Shown here one piece after another: positions 34,694 through 45,010 of a stretch of 64,000 bases of DNA. Source of the DNA: Trypanosoma brucei. Taxonomy: Eukaryota. The DNA lies in the NCBI GenBank assembly GCA_000002445.1, contig CM000208.1, forward strand, positions 1,152,001 through 1,216,000. Direction: 5' to 3'. A program made the translations under genes and the position numbers. The notes beneath the pieces are model-generated. The model did no database searches and was not told the DNA's origin. It saw nothing but the letters and a program-made list of their open reading frames with translations. Positions within the stretch are counted from its first letter, which is position 1, and every line of letters starts with the position of its first letter.

Positions 34694-35314
34694 CTAGCTT
34701 ACAGATTGCACTCGCTCTACGCCGTCCTTCGTTACAGCCTTACATATAAAAGTATTGTTGCTTACCACTACTCGCTTCTTCACCTCATCACAGCATTTTT
34801 GCATTAGCTCAACTCCCTCCTGTGCTGTCAAATTGGGACGCCACATCCGGTCAAGCATGGCGGTAACAAACGGTGCTCCGTATCCGTGACAGCCGTAAGG
34901 CACCTCCTGAAGTGTGCCCAGGTAATCCAGATAGTAGAGGTGCGCACCTGTTGCAACATCGTCCTCCGCGGATGCCGGTACGTCGAAACCAGCGAGCAGG
35001 CAATTGACAGGATACAACCCGTCACGGCTACGCAGCGCCCCAGCAAGCGTATTACGCATAAAAGATGCCGTAGCGTGTGTGCTTATCATACGGCCGTGCT
35101 CGCGCATCTTCTTGAGCGCCATATTGCATTTCACGTACTCCACAAAGTGCGTCCGCGGCCCGTTTTCACCCGCGCAGGCCACCACCTTGTGAGAGTCGAG
35201 TTCCGTGATCTTATCCTCCGTATCCGTTATCTTAATGTAGTAAAACGCATTTAACCCCGCAGCTGCGACCAAAACAAAGTCCTGGCACCTAAACCCGATA
35301 GTCGTCTCTGCCAT
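34694..35314 (-). CDS. PSMB2: Proteasome beta subunit, beta-4 type (PSMB2-like, non-catalytic)
   Basis: Collinear with PSMB2: TIGFRCQDFVLVAAAG aligns to LIGIQGPDYVLVASDR. FMRNTLAGALRSR aligns to FTRRNLADCLRSR. VNCLLAGFD aligns to VNLLLAGYD. HLYYLDYLG aligns to ALYYMDYLA. CHGYGA aligns to AHGYGA. No Thr1 catalytic N-terminus. Confidence 0.85.
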   Translation of the reverse strand: MAETTIGFRCQDFVLVAAAGLNAFYYIKITDTEDKITELDSHKVVACAGENGPRTHFVEYVKCNMALKKMREHGRMISTHATASFMRNTLAGALRSRDGLYPVNCLLAGFDVPASAEDDVATGAHLYYLDYLGTLQEVPYGCHGYGAPFVTAMLDRMWRPNLTAQEGVELMQKCCDEVKKRVVVSNNTFICKAVTKDGVERVQSVS

Positions 35315-36396
35315 TGCGCGTCCTTGTTGGAATATATACGTATACGTATATATGTGTGGATGTATAAAATATACTTACTTTCTCTTTCCGTTTTATATTC
35401 CTAGACCCCTTTGTGTTGCTGTTTTTTTTTCCCACCTTTTTTCTCTTATCTTACGGTCGCAAGCAAGCACAGTCCAACAAATGTTACGAATGCTTATTCA
35501 TCGCGGGAAGATATGGAGAAGGGCATGAAGAAATAAAGAATGCACATTTCCCTCCTTCTGTATACCTGGGTATTTCCAAGCAGGGGAGATTGACGGTGAC
35601 AAAGTAAGACTAAAAGGATTTTTTGAAAAAAGAAAACTCCTTCACCGTTTCCTCATTGCTTTTTCTCCCACTTGCAGCTTGCTGCCATTACACGCACACA
35701 CGCATATATATATATATCAATGATCCACCCCCACTTTGGGGTATGGAAGCGAAATGGAACGGAACAAGGTGGAGTGGGAGATCAGTAAACACATGTCTCA
35801 GACACAAACACCTCTTTATACCTTTATGGTAAACGTGGATTTTTATCAACAATCCTGCGCGTATGTGTGATTCACGCCGTTACAGCGCTCAATCCGTAAT
35901 TCTAAAATGCATTTTGCCTACGGCTAAGTGGAGGCAAGCACCATCACCGTCAAACCGCCGGCAACCGCTTTTAGCAAAAAACAGGGAAGCAGTGATTGAA
36001 TTAACATTTTCTCTCTTTTTTCTCCCTCTCCTCCCCCGCCGCCCAACAAACAAAAGGCTCTTTGCAAAGTTTATTCCAACTAGACATGACACAAGCGAAA
36101 CTAAAAAAGGGGGAGAATCACAAGGATTTGGGCCCTCATTTGTGTGACCGTAAGGAGTGCTTTCCCACTGCTTTCCTTCCATCCATTAGCTTTTCCCACA
36201 AAATGGGTAAAACCAGCATCCGGCGACGACACGTGCGCGCCACCGAGGTTGTTAAACTGGCAAATGGAAAAGGGAAGAAAGGAGGTCACACGGCGGCGGC
36301 TCGCGAACAAGGGCCTCGACGCAGAACTGAATAAAAACAAAACGATGCATCGCATGGGCTCAAGTGACAACTGTTACGCATCATCTGCGGTGCATG

Positions 36397-37509
36397 TTAA
36401 CAGAGCTTCAAGTACTCCAATGTGCGCAAAGCTCTTTCCCCACTAAGCTGGGCTACTTTTATGGGAGTACACCACACTCCTTGAAAAAACGCACCCGCAG
36501 ACAAATCTGCATCAACACTACAAAGAAACTGAAGAGAATCAAAATGTCTATCGTCGGTGGCGCACATGTGCGCTGCTGTCTCACCATCGTCCGTACGCTC
36601 ATTGACGTCGCAGCCGGCCCCCAGTAGCGCCCTTTTCAACTGAGCGGCTCCGTCAGACGTGTTAAGACAAGCGATATGAAACGGAGAGCGGCCCTGAGCG
36701 TTCTTCGCACTCGCATCAGCACCCGCTTTCAGTAGTAGCTTCAGCACAGCCGTCGAAAAATTGTGTTTACCGCACAAAACATGTAGTGCTGTGTTGCCCT
36801 CCTCGTCCGCTTTATTCACAATATGCGATCCGGAATCACCAAACTGCGCTAACACTTCACTAACCGTTTCAGAATCGCAAGACGAGCTGCGAATAACTGC
36901 CATGAGTCGTTCACACTCTGGTGACAAGGGAGCAAATTTACGCACAGGTGCACAAAGAGTTTCGTTACAGCGTACCCCTAGTGACTCTTCCAGGGAAGGA
37001 TGGCTCCCTTGTAGCTGCGTCGGGTGGTTGAACAGGCGGACAGACTGTCTATCCCATCCAGATCCCTTAACTCCGACTATTCCACCACTAAAGTGACCCC
37101 AAAGGGTGTTTACCCTTTCCATTGTGTGTTGCTCCATCAAACTAAGGCACGCCTCAGTCCATAACAACCGCTGTATCCTTTCGGAAAGCTCGCTGGTGCG
37201 CAGCCGCAAGTTTTCATGCTCTGCTTGCTCCACCAACTCCTCCTTGGTAGCATCCAGTTCATCCATAAGGCACCTTATTGTGGTCTCTTCTTCGTCCATA
37301 CGCGCACTAAAATTTTGGAACTCCGCTGTCTCAATGTCCTCGGTTCGCCGCAGTTCCTCAACGGCGTCATGAATGCGCGCTAACCGCCTATTTATAAGTG
37401 CGACAGCCTCCTCACCTGGGGCCGCGTAGGTGTGCGGGGGGTTGTCTGCCTCAGAAATGCTTGTTGCTGATGTGCTCATTGGCTTGTTTGTCTTTGAAGC
37501 ACACAGCAA
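36397..37509 (-). CDS. Ankyrin-repeat protein with N-terminal coiled-coil
   Basis: ANK consensus elements GNTALHVLCGKHNFSTAVLKLLLKAGADASAKNAQGRSPFHIA and DDGETAAHMCA in the C-terminal half. Confidence 0.6.
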   Translation of the reverse strand: MLCASKTNKPMSTSATSISEADNPPHTYAAPGEEAVALINRRLARIHDAVEELRRTEDIETAEFQNFSARMDEEETTIRCLMDELDATKEELVEQAEHENLRLRTSELSERIQRLLWTEACLSLMEQHTMERVNTLWGHFSGGIVGVKGSGWDRQSVRLFNHPTQLQGSHPSLEESLGVRCNETLCAPVRKFAPLSPECERLMAVIRSSSCDSETVSEVLAQFGDSGSHIVNKADEEGNTALHVLCGKHNFSTAVLKLLLKAGADASAKNAQGRSPFHIACLNTSDGAAQLKRALLGAGCDVNERTDDGETAAHMCATDDRHFDSLQFLCSVDADLSAGAFFQGVWCTPIKVAQLSGERALRTLEYLKLC

Positions 37510-37829
37510 ATGGGCATGTAACTAGTAGAGTATAAAGATTATGTCCTACCGACTGTACAATCCGCGGCTTCACACAACGGCACCACAAGCGGAAGACGTC
37601 CCCTACGAATTCAACTGCCTAAAGTTAGATGAGGAAGAAAGGTGAGGAGAAACCGCAAAAAAAAAACAATACACTGCCAACAACAATACAAAATTCATAG
37701 AGCAGTAAAAATCATGCACATTTCTGGTACGAGTGACACAAACATACTTGACGAAGTGTATGGGCGTGAATGTATATACGAAGAGAAATGTAAGCATTCT
37801 CTCCTTCAGTCGCAAAAGCTTCCCTCTCT

Positions 37830-39263
37830 CTATGAGTGGCTATCTTTCATTTTGCGCCTCGCTTGCCTTGCCAACGCTTCCGCGCAGGGTCTGTAGGATC
37901 TACGGTGGATGGAGGACAAACCGTGTTTCTTCACAGCACGCATGTGATGATCCACAGGATAGCCCTTGTTCTCTGCAAAGTGATACTTTGGGTACAATGG
38001 ATCAAGATAGTCCATTATCTCATCCCGCGAGACCTTGGCAAGACACGAAGCAGCTGCAATTGTAAGGCTGCGCTTGTCGCCCTCTATGATCGGCTGCACG
38101 CAGCCACCCGTCTGAACATCAGTGAAAACGGAAACCGTTTCGTAGGGCGCTGTGTGCCCATCAACTAAGACCAATGGAGGCTGGACAGGTTCTGCGTCAA
38201 AAAAGTCAGTCGCACCCTCTACCAAGTCGATTTGGTCGGGAACCTCATATCGCCGGCGATCATCGTTTGCAGCGGTTATACAAAACCTCGAGAACAGATA
38301 CTGGGCAATAGAACAGTTTTTGGGTCGAGGTGCTACATGGTAGGAAAAACGCGCATCATTCAGCGCATCCCAAACACCGAGGCAACATCGATGCATGGTG
38401 TTCATAGAGGCGGAATAGATGTTAACCGTGTCAATGTAAGTGTGGTTTGCAATACCAATGGCCCAAAAGTACAAGTAATTACCGCTAACATTGCTACCGT
38501 GGTATGAAATCAAATACGGCGTCTGCATGGAGAGAAGCTTCTTAAAAGGCAGTTTGCCCAGTTTGGTGTGTGAAGGAAGTCGTTTCTTCAGCACATTATC
38601 GGGCACCGAATCGCCCCCGGCATGGTGAACCACGAAGTCCTGGTCTTCCACTAATGAAAACAAATTGTGGTACCCGGTGATATTGTTATATACGACTTTA
38701 CGTTGGGTTTCCGAAACTGACTTGCTGTCAAATATCTGAAACTCCTCATCGGCATCGTACAGTGCCTTTAGATCGTTGTTAAAACTTGAACGTGGGATGC
38801 GACATACGGCCGCCCCAACCACCGGCCCAGCAAGTGGTCCACGACCAGCTTCATCACAACCAATTGTTAAAAACGTTTCTTTTATACTTCGCCGAATCAC
38901 CACCCCGTTCTTCCGCATGCGTGCCATTAACTGCTCCTTTTCCTTTTCAAGTCTACGCATTTCCGGTGTGAGATGCTTCGGGAACTGGAGCTGTTGCTGC
39001 CGCCGCTGAAGGAAACTGAGGGGTGGTGGGGAAAGAAGACCGTCACGGAACAACTGGTATCCAACCATATCAAGCGTACTATCAAGCGTAGCCACGCTGT
39101 CGACCGTCGTGCGAGGTGGGACGCGAAGCTCACGCAAAGCGTCCCACGGGGTCTTGCGCTCATGAGACCCCCGGTCAGCGCTATTTTTACACGGCATCGT
39201 GGGCCGGAAGGCACCAAACAAAAGTGCTGGGGAATGTGAAAAACACGCCCTCACACCCAACAT
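37830..39263 (-). CDS. RNH2A: Ribonuclease H2 catalytic subunit A (RNase HII family), with long N-terminal extension
   Basis: RNase HII motif GCDEAGRGPLAGPVV. C-terminal conserved block IEGDKRSLTIAAASCLAKVSRDEIM...YPKYHFAENKGYPVDHHMRAVKKHG. About 130 aa precede the catalytic motif. Confidence 0.8.
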   Translation of the reverse strand: MLGVRACFSHSPALLFGAFRPTMPCKNSADRGSHERKTPWDALRELRVPPRTTVDSVATLDSTLDMVGYQLFRDGLLSPPPLSFLQRRQQQLQFPKHLTPEMRRLEKEKEQLMARMRKNGVVIRRSIKETFLTIGCDEAGRGPLAGPVVGAAVCRIPRSSFNNDLKALYDADEEFQIFDSKSVSETQRKVVYNNITGYHNLFSLVEDQDFVVHHAGGDSVPDNVLKKRLPSHTKLGKLPFKKLLSMQTPYLISYHGSNVSGNYLYFWAIGIANHTYIDTVNIYSASMNTMHRCCLGVWDALNDARFSYHVAPRPKNCSIAQYLFSRFCITAANDDRRRYEVPDQIDLVEGATDFFDAEPVQPPLVLVDGHTAPYETVSVFTDVQTGGCVQPIIEGDKRSLTIAAASCLAKVSRDEIMDYLDPLYPKYHFAENKGYPVDHHMRAVKKHGLSSIHRRSYRPCAEALARQARRKMKDSHS

Positions 39264-39742
39264 GGAGGGTCAACTCTCTTCCGCCACAGGGCGCAGACAG
39301 CTAAGGCTTTGAACAATCTGCTGCTCCTCCAGACTTCCAAACGTCCTTGCTATCTATCTACCACTGCACGATGCAGTACTAAACAGTGCAAACAATAATA
39401 ATAATAACATTGGAGAAGTGCGCAGCATGTGTTAATGTTAAAAAGTAAAGTGGGAAACTTCCACGTCAGGAAGAAAAGAAGTCCAACCACCACTCGGTAA
39501 GGTAAACACCGCAAAATGTTTAAAGAGAGAAAAAGGAATAGAAGAGAGAAGTGTAGAAAAATAAAAACCTTACTTTTAACCTTCGTCATGTAGTTTTAAT
39601 AGCTTCGACAAAGAGGCTTCCGTTCTCTCTCACTCTCCCTCTCCCCCAGCAACAACTACGCCGAATGGGGAAGAAGAAAAGAAAAGAGAAGAAAGAATAT
39701 AATTAAATCACGTCCCTCCCACTGAATAATATACTGTGTTGC

Positions 39743-39934
39743 TTAAAGTGGCTTTGGGCGTTTTTCCGATGCTAGTGCCTTGAAGCGTCTCTTAATGGTT
39801 ACACGGTGACGGCTGTATTTGTCATCGGGGCTGAAACGTGCGGGATGCGCGCTGAGTGTTGGTTTCCCATCCGGGTCCATCTTCTTTAAAGTGTACTGCC
39901 GTTTGCCGTCCACGAGATAAACTTGAAGGTGCAT
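39743..39934 (-). CDS. NOP10: H/ACA snoRNP protein NOP10
   Basis: 63-aa [13 protein letters not shown]...[24 protein letters not shown] aligns almost residue-for-residue with NOP10 DGKRIYTLKK...[24 protein letters not shown]. Confidence 0.85.
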   Translation of the reverse strand: MHLQVYLVDGKRQYTLKKMDPDGKPTLSAHPARFSPDDKYSRHRVTIKRRFKALASEKRPKPL

Positions 39935-39968
39935 GATGAATTACCCCTTTTGTGCGTGTTACTAATAG

Positions 39969-39970
<2 letters not shown>

Positions 39971-40003
<33 letters not shown>
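39971..40003. repeat. (TA)16 dinucleotide microsatellite
   Basis: Perfect alternating at/ta run, 37 nt upstream of the NOP10 ATG on the minus strand. Confidence 0.9.
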
Positions 40004-40005
<2 letters not shown>

Positions 40006-42143
40006 TCCTTTTCTCCTTCTTCTTCAAAGCGTGTCTCAAGATAGAGAAGTGAGATGAAGAGCACCATTTAGAGTCGGAAGCGGTGAAGGAATTAAAACAA
40101 CGAAAAGATAATATTATTTTTTCCTTTGCTAAAGGGAAGAAAATGCCGTTACATAATCAACGAAACAAACAGCACAATCACACACGAATGCACCGCGCCT
40201 ACACGCAGTACAAAGAATTCGCGCATGCACTTTAATGAATACTGAATGCTGTGGGAAAACAAAAACAGAAACAAGGTATAGGCGCTGTGAGAAAAGACAG
40301 GAGTAAGGAAAAACAAAAAGATGAGCGGTGAATTTAAAAGAAAAAAAGGAAAGGGGGGAAAGAAGAGGGGGGGGAAAGAAAAAAAAAAAAATAGCGCCAG
40401 CAAAGAAAAAAAAAGAAAACGTTTCTAAAACCTTAAAGCTTAAAGAAACGGTGCCGTTCCTTCATGCTTACGCACACGTACACACACTTCCTCTCCCTTT
40501 CCAACACTGCATGTTATGTTACATCACCACAACTAATAACAACTAATAATAATATTAATACTGAAATTGATATCGTGAAAAATAGCGAAAGAACGTTGTG
40601 ATGCGGCTGGGCAATGATGCAGAGGTGAGGTTGGTCATGTGAGAAAAGAACAGCGTGCTGCAACAAACGCAAACAAAAAGAATATACGAATCGATACAAA
40701 AAAGTAAGGAAGGGAAAAACACATCTTCAAGAGGTTGTCGATCACTGGCAATTATTGCATGATATGTTAGACGGTAAATGAAGCGGATACAAATAAACAA
40801 GGAAATAGAAGGGGGGAGAAGTGGAAAAGTGGAGCAAAAATAAGACAAGAACAAAACGAACTTGTGGGTTTGGAAAAAGCGAAAGTGATGCCCAATCTAC
40901 CTGAAACTGCCAGTTGAAAAGATGAAGAAAAGTGGGGCGGAAAAAAATGGCCCCGTACGTCCACAACTCAATTTGCACTCAGTAATCCCCAAGTGCACAT
41001 AAACATTTCAATCATCTTCTTTTTAATTATTTGTCATCCAGCTAGATTCCTATAAAATTAGGTTATGAGAAGGCAACAAGCACGGCCAGAAGACAGGAAA
41101 CTGCCTCCGGTGCGATTATGAAAATTATTAGTCTTTTTTGTCCTCCCTATTCTTCTTTTCCCCTTCCTACTCACCTCTTTATTTATTTTCGCTGAAACCC
41201 CTAGTATTCTTCTACACCACGCACTCCCTTTTTTTTTTTCTGTCCCATTATTTTTACCTTTTTTTTTTCTGTACACCAACATCTCATAAAAATGTTTGTG
41301 TTTTGAATCACCATACGGTGCCATCCACCTGCTACTGTGAAAACAAAATCAAATCGAAAAAAAGAATGAAAAGCACTTTTCCCCCTTTGTGACGTGACAG
41401 AAGAAACTCCATATCAGGTGGGTCCCCCTTTAACTCTAAGGAAAAAAAAAACAAAGCGTCAACAGAGGGTAACAGAGAAAACAGAACAGAATAAAGAAAA
41501 AGAAAAGGAAATTAACAAAAACAGAGAAACGTGTACCTCGTACATACATGCAAACAAAATGAGGCACAAACACGTGCCGGAAATGGGCAACCGACATGAC
41601 TCTTCTCTCTTCTGACGCTTTTATATTTATTGTAACTTTCATTTTCTCTCATCCACCCACAGGATTTTATTGCGCATCGAGAGCCAAGAGGTGTCACATT
41701 CAGTGCCATGTGCATACGCAGAGAGGGAGGGCTGCACATTCATTAAAAGCGAATGAAAACCACAAACAAATATGTGTCCACCGCTATACGGAAATGAAAG
41801 GACCTATCGATGAGGAATATACATCACCACTCCTCCCATCCTTTTGATTGAAGCACAAATACATCCACCATAAATAATTACCGCGTGCTGATTTTGCATT
41901 TGTACGACTGCCAACGATTATTCGACGGTGCCGTTTCCTCCGCAACCCTTTTCTCTCTTCGTTCTGTCTTTTGTTTTGCTCCTTCCATCTATTGCCTTTG
42001 TTGTTATTTACGTTAAAACCGACAACTTTTCATTGGTTGTCCTCATATTTAGCCGTTAATACGGTCAATCAGGATGCCCTCACGCAAGCGCATAAATGCC
42101 TTAGATCTACACTTTACTTGGGTCTAAAACCCCCACACCATAC

Positions 42144-43316
42144 TTATTCCCATTCATTAGATGGATCGTAACGACCATAGTATGAAACTACCATCTTTGG
42201 ACGCCTCTCTAAGTGTGCACGAACCAACCGATCGTCACGCATTTCACTCGTGATGTAACACACGTTGTCAAGTACGGAATACAACTTTTGTTGTGAGAGA
42301 AATGTTGGAAGACGCCTATTAGATCCGGCTTCGACACAGAGCCACATCCAACAGTAGTATAAACTGCGGAGCTCGTAGCGAATAAATATTTCCGGAAGGC
42401 GCTCACCACACCTGGGAAACTCAAGGCTCATCTCATCACTCCCGTTAATATCTAGTCCATTGTACTCCTCCTCAGCCCGCCTGTTTTCATCCTCCACGTC
42501 CTTCAGGTACATCTCCTCCACGCTGGCTCGTATTTTTCTGTAATTCAACTCCACGTGCGCGTCCACGTAGGTTTTGTGACGCTTGTAAGCACGCTGCAGA
42601 ATCACAGCCGCTTCCCGTAGTTGGCGAAAGCTGTGAGAAGATAATGGACATCGGCGGCGCAGGTAAGAAAGAACAACACCAACAGCAATCACCTTCTCTC
42701 GCGTCCGCGGCGATGGAAGTTTTTCCCGTGATTCACTCGGGGCCAAGGTTACCTTTTTTTTACCTCTCTTTCGAAGCCATAGCCTGCAGATAGGAAGAAG
42801 AAGATTGCGAAGGGTCTTCAGAGCACACCTTGAGTGGTGACCCGATTCCCCTTCATTCAGCGGAGGAAGTGTCGAGGTTGTTACGGCGTTGTTATACAAG
42901 GCACCGCAACCGCGATGTTGGGCGTTAATAACATCCAGCACCGAAAGACGCCCAGCGGTGAAATGATCGCCAATTTCAACTTCCGTGGCTGTTTTGAGGC
43001 GGCGTCGCACCGCCTTTTTTCGGGAATTAAAGCCATAAAAACATTCCCCTGACGACCTTCGGAGGGTCCGTTTCCAGTCTGTGGGTCCTAAAACTCTATC
43101 TCTCTCCCTTTGACCCAAGGCATTAATACGTGAATGAAACGCCATACAGTGACGTCTTACCCTTGGTAACGTGCTGACAGGTTGGTTCTTTGACGTGCAA
43201 GGAACCTGGCTTCCCAGCGGTTCAAGTCGCAGATCGTGAACGTGGTTCATACGGGCCAGTTCTTCATCGTGAAATGCATTTCGTGTGGCGATGGGCCTCA
43301 GAGCTCGCACCGCCAT
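42144..43316 (-). CDS. Hypothetical basic protein with IQ-like motif
   Basis: IQ-like segment AAVILQRAYKRHKTY. Arg/Lys-rich. The ORF track start at 43424 runs through poly-purine/poly-G low complexity; Met at 43316 (MAVRALRP) is preferred. Confidence 0.45.
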   Translation of the reverse strand: MAVRALRPIATRNAFHDEELARMNHVHDLRLEPLGSQVPCTSKNQPVSTLPRVRRHCMAFHSRINALGQRERDRVLGPTDWKRTLRRSSGECFYGFNSRKKAVRRRLKTATEVEIGDHFTAGRLSVLDVINAQHRGCGALYNNAVTTSTLPPLNEGESGHHSRCALKTLRNLLLPICRLWLRKRGKKKVTLAPSESREKLPSPRTREKVIAVGVVLSYLRRRCPLSSHSFRQLREAAVILQRAYKRHKTYVDAHVELNYRKIRASVEEMYLKDVEDENRRAEEEYNGLDINGSDEMSLEFPRCGERLPEIFIRYELRSLYYCWMWLCVEAGSNRRLPTFLSQQKLYSVLDNVCYITSEMRDDRLVRAHLERRPKMVVSYYGRYDPSNEWE

Positions 43317-43862
43317 TTTTTTTTTTCGCTTTACTTTCACTCCGCTTCCACTGTTGTTTTTGTCTTCTTTTTTTTGGGGGGGGGGATATCCTGGGCAAAC
43401 AATGGTAATCGACTGAAACACCACAGGAATAAGGGGGGAAAAAAACTAATCTATACGGAGTTTTTTTGTCTCCCGAACAGGCAGAAAACGAAATGAAAGA
43501 GAAATTATTCGTGCGTTCGTCTGGGAACGAGGACAGCACAAATCACCCACCGCGTGACACAAGCCAGCAGTGACGTCAGCAGCGGCAGCAACAAAATATG
43601 CTGAGAGTAGTGTGAAGTATTATTTACTTTAGTATGTGTATTGATTAACCTTCTGCCCTTCCTCTGTCAGGACTAGAAGTACCCGTTCCCTCCTTCGACT
43701 ACCCTATCCCTCAGCTCTCATCCCCTTTTACTTCATCTCCTATCATCGTTCAAAATTAAAACAATGAAAGCAAGGAAAATAAACAACACAACCACAATGC
43801 GGGCGATACGCCTTTCCTGAAATTTGGCTTCAAACAGCCATTGAAGTACACTGCTGCTGCTA

Positions 43863-44618
43863 CTATTTACCTTCAAGGAGTAAACGGGGGGCATCTCCGT
43901 ACACCCACCGGTGCTTGTCTTGTGCGTACTCCAGTTCGTCCGACAGGGATTTAAAAACTTTGTTGTAATCTACCGGTTGTTGAGGCCCTCCACCACTCAT
44001 TGAATTCATCATCATAGCGTTCTCGTCTGGGATGCCCCCTTCTCCGAGTAAAAGCTGAAGGACGCTGTTGGAGCCAAACATAATCAGAAAGTACATGCTG
44101 AGTGACGTCACGTAATTACAGTCGAGGTCGTCAATCTCCACGCCACGCTGCATCATCCCTCGGAACCTAGATGCAAGCACGAATGGAAACTTGGCCACGA
44201 CAAAGCCAGAGAAAAAGTAGGAGACGAGCATCATCATTCCCATGCTTGGAAGCATCGACAACACATTCCCTTTCATCATATCGCCCAGAACGGTAGGGTC
44301 ATTCATGATCTCCATAGGGTTTACCTCAATCTTTTTTTTCAAGGGCCCCTCACGCAATGCCTTTACGCGTTGCTGGAAAGCCTCCGACGGTAGTTTCCTT
44401 CCCTCCGAGAGAAGGTGCCGTGCGCAGTTGACCGTATTTGCGCAGCACATGGTCTCCATCTTGGGAGACGCGCTGGTCTTCATCAGAATAGAGGCGTAAT
44501 GCTTTAGGATTCCAACAAAAATAACCAACGCAATAAGGGGGAACAGAACCCAGTCACGGATGCTGGGGTCCAAAAGAATGTTCTGCGTCATTGCGTGTAA
44601 TCTCCTTACCCCTACCAA
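43863..44618 (-). CDS. EMC3: ER membrane protein complex subunit 3 (EMC3/TMCO1 family)
   Basis: [32 protein letters not shown] aligns to EMC3 [45 protein letters not shown] aligns to [26 protein letters not shown] aligns to FSGFVTTKVPFPL. Confidence 0.7.
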   Translation of the reverse strand: [251 protein letters not shown]

Positions 44619-44695
44619 CAGTTTTACTTATATCCCCTCAAATAGTGTAAAGAAATAATACACACACAAACAAGAAATGAAAGGAAAGGAAAACA

Positions 44696-44730
44696 TATAT
44701 ATACATATATATATATATATATATTCACTT
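44696..44730. repeat. (TA)n microsatellite, imperfect
   Basis: atatatacatatatatatatatatata run about 78 nt upstream of the EMC3 start codon. Confidence 0.85.
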
Positions 44731-45010
44731 TACGTTTTGAATTTCTGCGGCACAGGCGCCAAACAGCACCAGTTATACAGCACAAGAGAACATTATTGAA
44801 TAAACGAGCGGGGGAAAAGAAAAAAAGAAGGGCCAGCAAGGTGAAAACACATAAAGGAACAGACTTATGTTCCACTGGCATATTCTTTAACGGTGCCATT
44901 CTTTTTTTTTTCCTCCAGCTGCTTTTAGAAGGGGGAGGAGTGTATAGTTACCAGGAAAATGAAACATGCTCTCCAGAGAATAAACGCGGTTGCGAGCAAA
45001 TTAGTGCGTG

